Shown here: piece after piece, positions 35,847 to 49,421 of the stretch
Layout: each line of letters starts with the position of its first letter
How positions within the stretch are numbered: position 1 is the stretch's first letter
Assembly: GCA_964019425.1 (NCBI GenBank)
Contig: OZ025782.1
Span: forward strand, 124,001-188,000
Length of the DNA stretch: 64,000 nt
DNA from: Flectonema sp. DT1601
Lineage: Eukaryota
Direction of reading: 5' to 3'
Translations under genes and position numbers: made by a program
Notes under the pieces: generated by a model
The model's database searches: none
What the model was told of the DNA's origin: nothing
Seen by the model: only the letters and a program-made list of their open reading frames with translations

Positions 35847-38800
35847 TCATCCAATACGAGAAGGCGAAAGCTGCCTCAACTCAAAACGAGGAACGTAAGT
35901 CTTTAAATCAGGAACTGGATACGGAAGTGGATAAGAACTATTAATAGAACTCTTTCTAGGAAGAGTAGGCGGAGGTGTCGGTGATCTATCAGATCTGTTG
36001 GGTGAGGCAGATGTCATAATTGGAACAAACGGCGACAATTCTGGAGGAGCTGACACAGCGAAAGAACTTCTCACAATTGTTGAATTCAACTGAGGAACTG
36101 TTTTCGGAGTCTCAAGTAACTTTGAGATTCTATTCTCAGCTTCTACCCTTCTGGTATCCGCAATGGAATGCATCGCTACAGCTTTCGAACCCTCACTTTT
36201 GAGTGTAACTTGTTTTACACGCAATGAATGAATTATTGAGTCTTTTAATAAACATTGACTGCAGTTAGTAATTCCATTGTTGTTTTCCAACAGTTCAGTT
36301 AGAGTTTCTATTAGATTTTCAGGAAGTTGTTTTGGAGGTAATCTGGAAGTCAATTCATCAACTGACTTCAGAGAACGATCTCCATTCGATCTCTTGAAAC
36401 TTTCAGAACTACTTTTCTTTAAATCCGATATTTCTAACTTTAGTTTGTGACAGGAATCACACTGTTTACTTTGTAACATATCAATGGTTTTCATCAGAGA
36501 TTCATTTTCTTTCTTGTTAGTGTTTGTAGTCTGTCTCAGGTCAAGACATTCTTTTTGAAAGTCGGTTAGTTGGATTTGAAGATCTGGACAACGTTTGCAG
36601 TCAGGAGTCTCATTGTTGTTATCGGTTAGAGATTCAAGTTTAAGAAATTCTAATTGGAGTTTCGATAATAGTTTTTGAAGAGTTTCGCAGTTACTACAAT
36701 TGTGATGCTTCACAGTCGCAACGTTTACTGTTGGCTTCGGAGGACGTTGTGATTTCTTTAGTTCAGATAATTGTGACGTCAGATTCTGAACTTCTTTTTG
36801 AAATCCTTCGCACTCACTGCAATCTGTTATCTGTTGTTTCTCTGTGAGTTGTGATTTCAGACTGATGAGTTGCTTTTGAAAAGTTTCACAGTCATCACAA
36901 ACTATTGTTTTTGACAACTCTGACCTCAACTCTGATATTTGCTGTTGCTTCTCAGTCAGCTGTACCTTTAGTTCTTCTTCTGTGACGTGATGTTCCTGTA
37001 GTTTACTCTCAAGAGTCAGACAGTTAATACAATCTTGTTTATGTTCTGTAATGACGTAGACTTCTTCAGGTGTTACTCCACTTGTGTTTGAGGTATCAGA
37101 CGCAGAGAGGGGAAGTAGGGATTGAAGTCTGCGAATTTCCTTTTGTCTCCCTCTGAGTTTTAGTTTAAGATCACGTTCTCTGGTGTTGTGCTGCTGCTTT
37201 AATATTTGAATCTCATTTTCGAGTTCGGCAGTTTTACGAGAAACAGATTTTGATGAGATGATGGATTTAGTAGTTTGCACTTGACAGTCTTGCAGGACAG
37301 CGTTGATTGTTTGAGTTGCACTGCTGACCGTGTCCTTCGTATTTGTCGTTGTTAGTAATTTTGTTTCCAAGTCTAAAACAGTTGTTCGGAGGTTATTTCT
37401 CTCACTTTGTAGATCCGAGAAACACGAGACCACCGTTTGTAAGTATTCATCAGAATATTCCTCTTGATGTTCCCCTAAACTACTCTCTTTCATTATTAAC
37501 TTTACTAATAGTTTAACACAACTAGTTTGTGTTGTTAGTTTTTGAATTGTATCCACAAGTTCAATTCCGATCTGTTTTACTGTTTCTACAGAAATCACTG
37601 AAGTATCGCTCGGTATTGTTTCTCTTAATTCTTTAAAGACTTCTTTGTAGATGGATACTTCATTGTTTAGTACTTTAAGTTGTTGTCGAAGTGTTTTATT
37701 TTGATAGGTCAGAGTCAAACGATCAGTTTGTAATGTGTCAAAAGCTTCTTGTTCATGTTCCATCACTACCTTGTCAGTGATTGATGTCTTGTTATCATTT
37801 TCAGCTAATTGAAGTCGTTCAGTCAGAGAGTTATTTTGACGTTTTAGTTTAGCAGCAGTAGATGAAGACGTTGATAGTTTACTAAGAAGTGTTTGACGTT
37901 CTTCATTGAGTGAATTGAAACACTTTTGAGTTGATTTCGTCTGCAGATCAATTGTCTGAAGTAGTTGGTCTCTTTCAGCTACTAACTCTGACACGGTTTG
38001 TTGTCTTTGTGGTGAAGTTGTATTTGGTTCGTATTCAGAGCCAGAGCTCTCATGAGGTTCATAGTCAGAGTTATTACTCTCTTCAATTATAGTTTGGTTG
38101 CTTTCATTGAACTCGTCTGCGTTTGAGACTTCGTGTCGAGGAGTAATCTCTCTTACCATTTTAAGTAACTTATTCCTCTCTTGTTGAATTGATTTCAACT
38201 GTTTTAATATTGAAGATGGTTCTTTGTCGTTGTTGTTTGTTGTTACTTTCTGATTTTCTGTTTCTTCAAGCAATCGATCTCTCTCATTACGGACTTGATT
38301 TAATTCTTCTTTCAGGTCAGCGACTTGTTTGTTAGATCTGATAGATAAGTCACTGAAATTCAGCTCATCTGGTGCAAATGTGTGTCGTTCTTCCTGAAGA
38401 TCAGCGACTACTTTTAGTAGGTCATCACGGTCTGTTGTTACAGTTCGTAAATCTTCTTGTAGAGCAAATAATAAATTTGATCCTTTTATCTCTTCCTCAT
38501 CTAGTAACTCGAGTGTACTTTGCTGTCTACTGCGATAGGTGTTGGATTCTAATTCATCAGGAATTACTTCTGATAACACACTCGTGTTCCTCTTCTCTTG
38601 AATATCGTCAACTAAAGTACTGAGAAATGAACTGTCAGATGTCACTCCTTCCGATACCTCAGAGCTCCCCTGAACTTTTAATATCAACAAATCTCTTTCT
38701 GCTCTCAATGAAGTGTATTCCTTCAACAAGAGAGAGTCGTTTTTTGTATTTGATGACATCATTTTATAGTGATCACGTTCATCAATAATTAATTTTATTA

Positions 38801-41800
38801 TTTCAAATAACGTGTCTGGGGTGTGTTGTCCGACGCTATGAATGAGGTCAAAGATGTTATCTCTTTCCTGTCTAAACCTGAATAATACTTTCTCAACAGC
38901 GTCAGTGTGTTGCTGTAAAGTGTCTCTATCTGTTGTGGTTGTTAAAAGAAACGATTCGGTTTGATTGTTTTTGAGATTGAGTTGGTTTATATCAGACTTT
39001 AGTATATCAACAACGTGTGATAATTTCTCACATTCAGCATTTGATGTTTGAAGCTGTTGAATGATGTCTTCCTGTTCGCGAAATTCATCACCCTCGATAG
39101 TACTGGTTGACGTGTTGTTACTAAACAATCTACCAACAAGTTCATCTCTTTGTGAGACAACAGTCGAAAAAGCATCTTTAACTGAACTTAATTGAGACAA
39201 AACAACGTGATATTCCTTAGTTACTTTCTTAACTTCCTTTTCAAGTGACAATACATATTGGCGAAGTGTGTCAGCATCAGCTGTTTTCTTGTGACTTTCT
39301 ATTTCTGAATCTAAAGCGAATACAGATTCTAACAGGTCTTTGTTTCTTTCAGTATTGAATGTGACTGTGTGAGGAGCAGTAGCTCTGACTGGTGTCAGTG
39401 AAGTAGTCGATTGCGATTCATGAGTACAATTGTCGTCTTTGACTTCCTCCAGTGATGTTATATTAACGTCTTGAAAGAGTGGAACGGTAATCTGATTTTG
39501 ATTGTCTTGTTCTTCAAGAAGCTCCGATACTCTCGCAATTTTTATTTTCCCGTCTTTGCAGAATTCGTCTACTTTTCGTTTGTATAAATCCCTCTCAGTT
39601 TGTAAAGCATTCTGAAGTTCAGATATTGTTATTGTTAAGTGCATGTTCTTATCAGAAGCCTCTTGTTGTTGAAGTAGTAATCGGTTTTCACTACCACTTA
39701 ATCTATCTTGAAGTGATGATGAAAGTGTTACTTTAGAAGTCAGGCTTTCCATCGTTTGTTGCAACAGAGAGTTACAATCTGAGAAGTTTGTTTTTAATAA
39801 TTTAACGTCCTGTTCGAGGGTGGAGTTGATGTGTCGTAAGGAAGTCAACTCTAACCCGATAGTCGCTGAAATAGAACTTTGACAAGCAGAAGAGAGTTGG
39901 TAAGCACCCAGTTGGTAGTCTGCAGCTACTTGCTGTAACTTACTTCTACCTAATTGATTATTTAAGTGACTGATCTCCTGTCGGAGGGCTTCAGCAGTAG
40001 TTGCGCTTGACTGGTCTGACAAATCGGTGAAAGCATCTTCTGCTGCAGCAAATTTTTTTAGATTTTGAGTATACGCAGAAAGACATCTTTGAAGACGGTG
40101 GCGATCTTGTACAGATGCCTGCAGAGAATTAGACATCTGTTTTAGAGATGAGTTTAGAAATATTATTTTATTTTCTTTTTCAAACAACTGTTGTTCAAGA
40201 TCGGTATTGTCAACAGTCACTGAGGATGATGAATTTTCTAACTCCGATTTAACAATTTCTCTACTCACCCCGCTGTCAGATCTCTCCCTTACTAGCTGAG
40301 ATATTTCAGCTAATTTCTCATGTCTTTGATTTACGATTTCTAGTAGCTCCGATTGGCGTTGTATTTCACTGTTAGCGAATTGTATTTCCAAATCTTTTTG
40401 TTGAATCTGAGTGAATACAACTCCTTGATTACAACGTAAACTGTTATTATATTCAGAAATAATAACATTCACACTCAAATAGTATTTAGAGGTGAGTTTG
40501 TAGCGGGTTAACTGCTCATCAAGATGGAGTTGATTAGTGGCGGATGATAATAATTGTTTGATGAAGTTAGTAGCAATTTGAAGTAATTGAGTATGGTTTG
40601 AAATTATTATATCACTTCTAGAGAGTTGCTCGCTTTGTAGTAATCGCTGTGATGGTATTGCGATTGACTCATCTTTCAGAGTTTCATACTCTTCGACAGC
40701 TTCGTAGTATTCTTCTTTGAGTCTGTCGTTATCTTCTTCTTGATTAGCTAATTGAGTTCTAAGTGTTAACAAGTCATCCTGAAACTCTTTGTTTGCGTCT
40801 GTTGATGAAGACAGTTGTTGGATTAGTGAAGATAATTTAAGATCCTTTTCTTCAATAGCAGAAGTACTTAAAAATTGTTCCTCTTGCATTGCAGTCAATT
40901 CCTGAGTGAGAGAATCAACCTTCGCAGATAATATATTATTCTGTTTGTTCGAATCATTTAATTCAACTGACAAATCATCAATACGAGTTGAGCTTTCTGA
41001 ACTACCACTTGATAGAGACGACAACGTACTTTGAACAGTTGACATTTCCTTACTGAGAATCGTTTTTTCAACCAAAGCAATATCAAACTGTTTCTGAAGT
41101 GTTGTCACTGACTTTGTTAGCTCGATTATTTGATTGTCGTTTTCAGTTTTTTTATTCTCCAAATCTCTACAAGTCTCTCTTGAGAGAGCTAGCTTTGAAG
41201 ACAATAAGTCAATCTGACTGACATATCCTTTTCTTTCCTCTTGTAAAACTAACATCATTTCTCTGGAGTCAGCTAGCCTGGTATCGAGTGACGCCAACTG
41301 CTGTTCTTGTGTCGATTGTAAAAGTGATATCTCTGCATTTAAATTATCAATAACAACACACTTCTCGGTACTCTCTCTTTGTAAAGTTGAAATAGTGTTT
41401 CGTAGGTCGCTCACAGTCTTTTCAGTTGTTGTAATTTGTTCTTGATCTTCACTCTTACTGCTTTGCATAACTGAGACTGCTTCTGTGTAGGTATCGAGTT
41501 GTGTTTTTAATGATGTTATCACCGCTTGTTTGTTCTTAAGACCTTCAGTGTTCTCATTCAGTTCTTCTTCAAGAGCGTTGTTGACGTTGGAAAGTGTTTC
41601 GTAGCTGTTTTTTAGTGATTCATTTGTTTCAGAAAGCTTTGATATTGCTCGTTGATGATTTTCAATTTCCAATTGTAGTTCCACATTCACACCAGTCATA
41701 TTATCAACTGTTGATTGTAGCGTCACTTTACCATCAGACAGTTCTTCGATCATGAGCTGCAGTTCAATCGACTTAGTTTCCGCATCAGCGTTGGTAAGTG

Positions 41801-44800
41801 ACAGCTGTGTAATGGTAGCGACATTCTGTTCATTAGCCTGTTGAATATCTTTAACTTGATCATCTAATGTAATGTTTGTTGTCGTGAGTACATCAATATT
41901 ATTCTTTAAAGACTCGTTGTGTTCTGAGCAGTTGTTATATATTTGCTGTAAGTCATTTAGCTTTAGATTTAACTCATTTATGTTCAATTCGAGAGTTTCA
42001 TTTTGCTTCTTCAGGTCTTCCAATCTTTGCTGCTGTTGTTGTGATGCAGTTTTCATATCGTTTGTTTTGGTTATGCTTACGTCACGTTCCATTCTCAGTG
42101 AATTTATTTCTTCTTGTAAACTAGTAATCTCGTCTTTGCTCTGTTTTTGTAATGAACTTAACTGAGAAGTGAGGTCTGACGCTACTGTTTCTGAAGTAGA
42201 GAGGAGTTCAATTTGCTTTGTTTGTTGTGATATTTCTTGTTCCTGATCAGATACGGTGTTGGTTAGTTTTTGATTTTTACGATCCGACGCGGATAATTTC
42301 GCTTTCAGGAGTGATAGTGCTGCTACTCCTTCATCGTGTTCTTGTGATTGAGTAAGTCGTAATGACTGTAACTCTGAACTAATAGTTACTTTATTTTCGG
42401 TAAGCTGACTAATTTGATTATTGAGAGAGTCTATTTCATTGTCTTTGTAATCTGCTAACTTCTGATTGTGTTGTTCAATTACTTCGACTGCCTCGATGTG
42501 GTTTTGGTTGTAGCGTTCGATAGACTTCTCAAGATTCTCATTATCTCTTTCTAATTCTTTGTTTGAACTGCGTAGTTGATTTAATTTTCCTTCGTAGGAC
42601 TCGTTAAGTTCAACCAGTGCCATCAACTCTTCATTCATTCGATTGTTGTCTTGTTGAAGATTATTAACTACTTCTGTAAGATGAGAGTTGTCTTCTTCAG
42701 ATTTCATTCTCTGAATCACTTCTTCTGATACTTTTGCTGTTTCTTCATTGGCTCTGTCTAATTGTTGTTGCAACGCTTCGTTTTTCAACTGAAAGGTGTT
42801 CGCAGCTACTGTTAAAGTTTCTTTTTCTGCTGCTTGACTACTTTCAGCCTTCTTGGAAATTTCCAACTCCGCCAGTGCTGATTGCAATGTTGTAGATAAA
42901 GTCGTGTTGTCTAATTCCATTTGTTCGAACTGCGATGCTATTTTCATCAAATCGTTACTTCGTTGATCAAGTTCTTGTTTTGAAGATTCGTGTTCAGATA
43001 ATAAAGAGTTGTGATTATTTTGAAGATGAGAAAACTGTTTCTTTAGTGAATCGTGAACAGCAACAGTCTCTTCTAAAGAAGAGACTCTCGTTGAGTATTT
43101 AATTTCAGAATCACGTAATTGCTGAATAAGTTGAATATGTTGTTCCTGTTCACTAACTTGAATTGATAACGCTGTTTGTGTCTTCTGATAACGTTCCTTT
43201 AGTGTGGAATATTCAGTTTCGATGTCGGTTGAAGCGCAGCTTACTGTTTGTAATTTCAGTTCAAGTTGTTGTTTTTGATTTATCAAAAGTACGCATTCGT
43301 CGCATTGACGTTCTTCCAGTTGGTTTAATAGGATCGCTAGCTCTTTATTTTTATTTTTGTGAACTGTTAGATCACTTTGTAATGTGTTGTTGTGTTTTTC
43401 TAAAACTTCATTTTCTGCACTTCGAGCGCTGCATTTCGCGCAGTCTTGCAACTGACTTAGCTGTTCGTTAAGTAAGTCAATCTGAGAAGTGTAAGACAGA
43501 AGATGTTTATCCGAATCTCTTTTATGTTCTGAAATGCTGTTTAGCAATCTCTCATTCTCAGATGTCAAGGAAGGACAAGATTCACAAGGTTGTGATGCTT
43601 CTTTCAATCGAATCAGACTATTTTGAAGTTCTTCAGTCAAAGCTCTTGACTGAGCCTTTTCAATCCTCACTGCTTCGTTACATTGCTGTAGGTCTGATGA
43701 GGATTTTAAGAGAGCTTTGTCAGTTGTTCTTTGAACTTCTATTAGATCTGTTTGAAGATTATTAAGTTTCTGTTTTGATAGAAGTAATTGTTGCTGTAGG
43801 TCAGTTGATGTTATTTGTTGTTCTTCGAGTTCGTATTTTAAAGTTTCAATGGAACTTTGTTTCTGAGTTAGTTGTCTTTTCAAGTCATTCAGCTCTTCTT
43901 TATCGCTCGAGTTCTTCTTGTCACGTAAGTCTTTTAATTCGCTGCGTAGCTTCTTCAAATCAGAAGTTAAAATCTCATTCTCACGACTCTTATTTTCAAT
44001 TGTCGTTCTCAGCATTGCAATTTCTGGTTCCGCCTTGTCACGCTGTTGCTGCATGAGCATCTGAGTACTTCTCCTCTCAGTTTCCATGTTTTGACGTAAA
44101 TCTGTCAACTCCATCAGATGCTCTTGCTCTTGGCGTTCAAGACGTCCTGTTTTATTATTATGATGATAATAATTCTCTAACATCAAAATCGTCTATAGAA
44201 CAGATTACATTAATAAAATGGAAGTAATAACAAACCCTTAAGTTCATCAAGCAGTAAATCAAGTCCATTATTAGCTGCTGTCGCAGTGTAGTGCTGTCCT
44301 TTTGAAAGGGAAAGTTCAGACTCCTGGGATCGAAGTTGGATTTTAGCGGATGAACATTCTTCCTCAAGTGTAATAATAGTATCCTGATGAGAACTAATCG
44401 ACTCAATCAGAGTTCGTTGTTTTTCATTTAAAGACGAAACTGTTCCTTCAGCTTCAGACAAACGTTGACTTGATAATTCTAGTTGGTATTCCTTCTCTCT
44501 AAGCATCGAATATAAATCTCTTATCTTCTTATTAAGAGAACTACTGGTAGTTATTTCATCAGTGTCGTGAAGTATGTTAGTCTTACTTGCTTCTAAACGG
44601 CGATTCTTTGCTTCCAGTAAAGCTATCTTGTCCTCAAGGGCTGCTTGTAGGACGAGCCATTTTTCATTGATACCGAATTCTCGGTGAATTATCGGAGCAT
44701 TGCAAACTTCTTTGGCACGTTCAGCAAATAGTATAGAATAATAAGTTTCTGAACTGTGAATCGACAAAGGTGAAACGGTAACAACAAAACTTGCTATGCC

Positions 44801-45739
44801 GCTTCCTCCTAAAGAATCTTGCAGTAGTCTGGTCAGCTTAGAATCTCTGTAAGGAATGTGTTTTTGTTTATCAACAATCGCTTGCAAAACATTTCCCAGA
44901 CAAGCTAATGAACTGTTTATGTATTTTGCTTCTGTTTTTCTCTGTCCTTCACTTTGACTTTTTTTAAGTCTTTCTGAACCAGCCAAATCAACAAGTGAGA
45001 GTCTTCCTTTTATAATTTTATTGCTTGCTTTTAAAACTCTAGAGTCACTGTGCATACAATGGTCTTCAATTGTTAGGGTTCTTCGTTTGTGAACTGTGAC
45101 CATAAGACAAGAGTGACTTCTACTCGATGTTGCATTCATCTTAGTGAGAGCAGTAATTCTATTTTTATCAGCTGTGCGAAGTAAATCTAAAAAATCGATT
45201 GGAGAGTTCAGCAATACCTTTGCAGCACCGACTACAAGAACACCGTTATCTGGACATTCTCGTATCTGAAGGGAAGTAGTGCTGTTTGATGTTAGCAAGT
45301 CGAGGACGTTTTCTTGATAAATTTGAATCCATTCAATCTCAACTCTGTAATCGTGTTCAGCATCACATGCGATTTGTTCAAAGATTCCGTGAATACAACG
45401 AGGTATCAATCCACTCTTCTGAGATAGGCATCGATTTCCTTGTAATCCATTTGCTGTGTATGTCTTTCCACTACCAGTTTGACCGTATAAAATAATAGTA
45501 CTGTAGTATCCTGTTAATACTTGACTGATTCCACGTTTACCAACTGTTACATATATCTCTTCTTGTTCTGATTCTTCAGTAAACACTTTATGAAATCGAC
45601 GTACAGCAGAGTCGGTTGATAACTGCAGTCCATCCTCATCAACGCATTTCACGGCTATCTCTTCTTGATCAGTTCCCATGTGGGGTCGCACACGGACAAA
45701 TACCTCTAAATTTACCCTCTCCCCCGTTACTAATGCCAT
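35847..45739 (-). CDS. Giant N-terminal kinesin with very long coiled-coil tail, about 3267 aa, 2 exons
   Basis: Motor motifs VFVRVRP, GQTGSGKT, NATSSRSH, LVDLAGSER, HIPYRDSKLTRLLQDSLGG. A predicted 89 nt intron at 44235-44147 (GTTTGT..AAACAG) joins the two long ORFs in frame (ELKG|RLE). Confidence 0.85.
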
Positions 45740-46099
45740 TTTTTATGCTTTCAATTATATGGCCACACCTAGAGAAAAAAAAGTATTTGGCTGTAAGATG
45801 TATATTTCGGTTTTTTTTTTTTTTTTTTTTTTTTCTCCATAACAACTTCGCAAAGTAGAGGTTACCACCAGCAGCGGTTGTGTTAGTTTAGCTTTGGGCA
45901 TATTAAAGAAACTTTTTAAAAAAGAAACAACAGAGAACAAAAAAAGGCTAGTTTTGGAAGTATAAAAATCGTGCGGAAAAATTGAAATTAAAAAACATAT
46001 AAAAAAAAGTAAATGAAAAGCGCAGTTTAACCTCTAGGGGGAAATAGAAAACGTTTCTGTTTCCCTTGTGGTTGATATTCAAGAGCACAGATGAATTGA

Positions 46100-46696
46100 T
46101 CACCCTGCGTATGTAATGTCGCATTCAAGCTTCTTTATGTCAAGTAGGTGTCCACCTCCACCACCGACGACGTGTCCGATTTGAAATTCGTCACCAGCGG
46201 CGACTTTCTTGAGAAAATCAGGAAGAGGTGTAACATTCGAATCGTATATTCTGGTACTGACTGTGTGATCAGCAATGCCTGATAGGTTATGAAGATTACC
46301 ATTGTGCTCAATTTCAATTCTTCCCTTTTGATAACCCCATCCCTGATCAACAAATGTCATCTCAGCAAAAATAGAAACGATTGACCCTTTCGCCACCACA
46401 GTGAAATTCGGTACGAAGTCTTCAGTAGAAGTGTTGAAAGTTTTCTTTTCCAAACTTAATCGAGTTCGCAGCTTTGGTGTAAATAAAATCTGTTCGTCAC
46501 CCGAGACACCGACTGATACTACTGTTCTGGATACTTCATTTTCTTTGACTTCGATATCCCCATACAGATAGTCGACGATTGCTTCACAATCAGGGTACAA
46601 TTCATCATTAATGTCCCTAAAAGTCGTGTTGCTAGAAATATCAATAGGTGTTACCTCTTCTGAACTGGAGTTGCGAAAATGAACAGTCAGCGACAT
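46100..46696 (-). CDS. Hypothetical protein, 198 aa; possible ubiquitin-like N-terminus plus a DQGWG...GGGGGH domain
   Basis: Clean ORF with globular composition; motifs FVDQGWGYQKG and VVGGGGGHLLDI. Confidence 0.7.
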   Translation of the reverse strand: MSLTVHFRNSSSEEVTPIDISSNTTFRDINDELYPDCEAIVDYLYGDIEVKENEVSRTVVSVGVSGDEQILFTPKLRTRLSLEKKTFNTSTEDFVPNFTVVAKGSIVSIFAEMTFVDQGWGYQKGRIEIEHNGNLHNLSGIADHTVSTRIYDSNVTPLPDFLKKVAAGDEFQIGHVVGGGGGHLLDIKKLECDITYAG

Positions 46697-46777
46697 GGTT
46701 TTTTTTTTTGGAGCAAAGTCGTTTCTTTGGGAAATATAAATATAACCTTTTTATTGTGTGAAATATTTTTTCACCTT

Positions 46778-46810
<33 letters not shown>

Positions 46811-46909
46811 AATCACACTATCGTTTTTTGTGTCTCCTGTTTAAAATTATTCAATACAGAGAAAGCATACATAATGACGCTAAAGAACATTTTTTTTTCT
46901 TCTTTTTTT

Positions 46910-47737
46910 TCAGGAAAAAGAAAAACAATTCATAATAGCGATCAGTGTCCCTCTCGACGGTGATAATTTATATTGCCGAGCAGCATCACGTGTTCGCACA
47001 ATATCAACATTGATGCCTCTGCTGCTAAGAATACTTGAAATACGAGGCGTGCATAAATATTGAATTACTTGACTTACATTACGACGTGACTGTTTACAAG
47101 GTTCTGAAAAAAGTACAGATCGATCGAAATCTATCAAAACAACATCACAACCATCGTCATTGTTAGGATTGTTTCTTATTATTATGTGGTTTCCTGGGTG
47201 GGTCATTTCACTTTTTACCAAGTTGATCCCGTCGAGAACATCACACTGTCTGATCAACTCGCGAATCACCCACAAAACTGATTTAGGAACCGCCCCTGTT
47301 ATGAAGGCAATTAAATTAACCCCCTCGATCCACTCAATTATTATAACGTTACTTCCATTAAAAGAATACAATTTTGGTCCAATTTCAACGACATTAGCAG
47401 TTTTGAGACCCACAACTTCCCTCTCTAATGTGATACCTTCTTTGTTTACTACTTTAACAGCGCGTTTTTCTTTTGATATCATTCCTCTATAAACGACTCC
47501 GTGCTTGCCAGTTGCAATAAGTTCAAGCAATGGAATATTTAAGTCAATACGAGTTTCTTTTGTTTCTTTCAGTAGACGTTGCTTCACGTTGTCGTGTAGA
47601 GACATACTCTGTTTGTCTGTTATTGCTGCGCTTATTACTTCTATTCGAACCCATTTATTTAAATAGGTGAGTGATTTTATATCTGGTAATTCTAAGTTTC
47701 CGATTATCAATTTCCAAACTTTTTGAGAAAAGTACAT
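46910..47737 (-). CDS. Atypical protein kinase (COG2112 archaeal-type, RIO/Bud32-like fold) with F-box-like N-terminus, 275 aa
   Basis: IATGKHGVVY, AVKV, LERE, GPKLY, IEWIEG, LD...KSEMTHP..HIII, VVLIDFDRS, RNVSQ; N-terminus FSQKVWKLIIGNLELPDIKSLTYLNKWVR. Confidence 0.7.
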   Translation of the reverse strand: MYFSQKVWKLIIGNLELPDIKSLTYLNKWVRIEVISAAITDKQSMSLHDNVKQRLLKETKETRIDLNIPLLELIATGKHGVVYRGMISKEKRAVKVVNKEGITLEREVVGLKTANVVEIGPKLYSFNGSNVIIIEWIEGVNLIAFITGAVPKSVLWVIRELIRQCDVLDGINLVKSEMTHPGNHIIIRNNPNNDDGCDVVLIDFDRSVLFSEPCKQSRRNVSQVIQYLCTPRISSILSSRGINVDIVRTRDAARQYKLSPSRGTLIAIMNCFSFS

Positions 47738-48359
47738 CCCTCTATTTTTTTTTTTTCCTGATAAGAAGAAAAATTATTAATCACTGTAATGACAAGCCAA
47801 AGAAACATAATAACATAATTTCATTTTTTTTTTTTTTTTTTTTTTTTTTTTCTTGACAAGTCCTTAGCTTATCAGACATTCTGAATTTGTCAAAAAGTTT
47901 GTGGAATGATTTTTTTTTTTAATTATTATTATTATTAATAAACGACAGCAAATAATTCACTGGTTTATCCTGCCTCAGTTGGCAGTCAGAGGAACTTAAC
48001 AAAACAAAAATAAAAGATGAGTAGAAGAAATGAATGGAAACAAGAAAAATAATAATAAAATAAAAAAACGAAACACGGTTAGATACAGGCTGATCAATAC
48101 CTGCATTACGCTACACAACGATGTCAAGAAAACGAGTGAGAAGGAAAAGAGATAATCGAAAAGATGACACGCAACATTACGCACAATAAATCTGATGTAC
48201 TAAATCAGGTAATACAACTGCAGATTATAAAAATTATCGGACTTTAAATATTAATGAGCTTTGTTGTAACTCTGACAAGCCTCAATGTTAAAAAAAAAAA
48301 AAAATAATAATAATAATTTAACGTAACATTATCACAGTTCAGAATTAAATAAACTACTG

Positions 48360-49421
48360 CTATGATATAGAAGGTGATTTTGACCCAATTCTGATACGTG
48401 CTAAAACTGGAGATGATCCTCTCACTTGCTGAGTTGAACTTCTTGTGTATGATGATGGAGATGATCGTCGACGTGTACCTAACACGGCTGTACTGATGCT
48501 CGGTTTTGAATTTCTTCTTCTATCCCAACTATGAGGTGATCGTGAATTTCGAGTAACTGGAGGATTCGATACGATTTGATCTTCCATAACATCGACGGAG
48601 TATTTTCTCAGAAGAACTTGAATGCTCTTAACATAACTGACAGATGCAAGATTACCTGCTACCTTTAAACTTAGTAATAATTTATCTAATAACTCCTTAG
48701 TTGGTATCGGTATCTCCTGACTGTGAATATTACCCGGCGATGACGGTGGAGTTGATCGATCACCAACACTGGTATTAACACTAAGTGTTTGATTAATAAA
48801 GTCTGTTTGTGATCCAACAGTCTTAGTGCTTTTTTCATATTGCCATTGACCTAATACGCGAGGAGGTTGTAGGCTGAGTCCGTCATAGATTCGGGGAGTT
48901 TGGTGTATTGATTGTTCTAAATTATTATATTTCCTTCGGAGGATGTCCATGTCTCCGTTGGATTGCAAAAGCTGTTGCGACTGCAAAGCCAGTTTGACTT
49001 CCAATTCTTGACAAAGAATTTGCAAAGTTTTATTATAGGTGGGTATCGTAGTTGCACAATTCCTCATCTTATTTTCCACGTCATTCATAAATTCTAAGTG
49101 TTCTTCGAAAACATTACTATTTAAGGAACAGTCTGGCGGATCAGGTACCTGAATCTGAATCTGCGAAGCTCTCAATCTAGCTATTTCATTGTGACAGGCG
49201 TCTAGCTTGTCATGAAGTTCGGTAACTTGTATCTTATATTCTTCTAAGTTTTTTTGCATATTAAGAGTATGCAAATCCGGCGGAGGAACCCCTGAAAACA
49301 CAGCACTACGAGGTGATAACATGTTGTGTCCTCGAGAGAATGCAGGTACTTGAGCTCCTTTCTGCCTCGAAGAGTTTGAAATTATAACATTATTAGTATT
49401 CTTGTTACGAATAGCAGACAT
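48360..49421 (-). CDS. Hypothetical coiled-coil protein with Ser/Arg/Pro-rich C-terminus, about 353 aa
   Basis: Start reassigned to MSAIRNKN (49421). The upstream ORF extension is poly-T-derived FFFF sequence ending in an AG acceptor-like site. Confidence 0.7.
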   Translation of the reverse strand: MSAIRNKNTNNVIISNSSRQKGAQVPAFSRGHNMLSPRSAVFSGVPPPDLHTLNMQKNLEEYKIQVTELHDKLDACHNEIARLRASQIQIQVPDPPDCSLNSNVFEEHLEFMNDVENKMRNCATTIPTYNKTLQILCQELEVKLALQSQQLLQSNGDMDILRRKYNNLEQSIHQTPRIYDGLSLQPPRVLGQWQYEKSTKTVGSQTDFINQTLSVNTSVGDRSTPPSSPGNIHSQEIPIPTKELLDKLLLSLKVAGNLASVSYVKSIQVLLRKYSVDVMEDQIVSNPPVTRNSRSPHSWDRRRNSKPSISTAVLGTRRRSSPSSYTRSSTQQVRGSSPVLARIRIGSKSPSIS

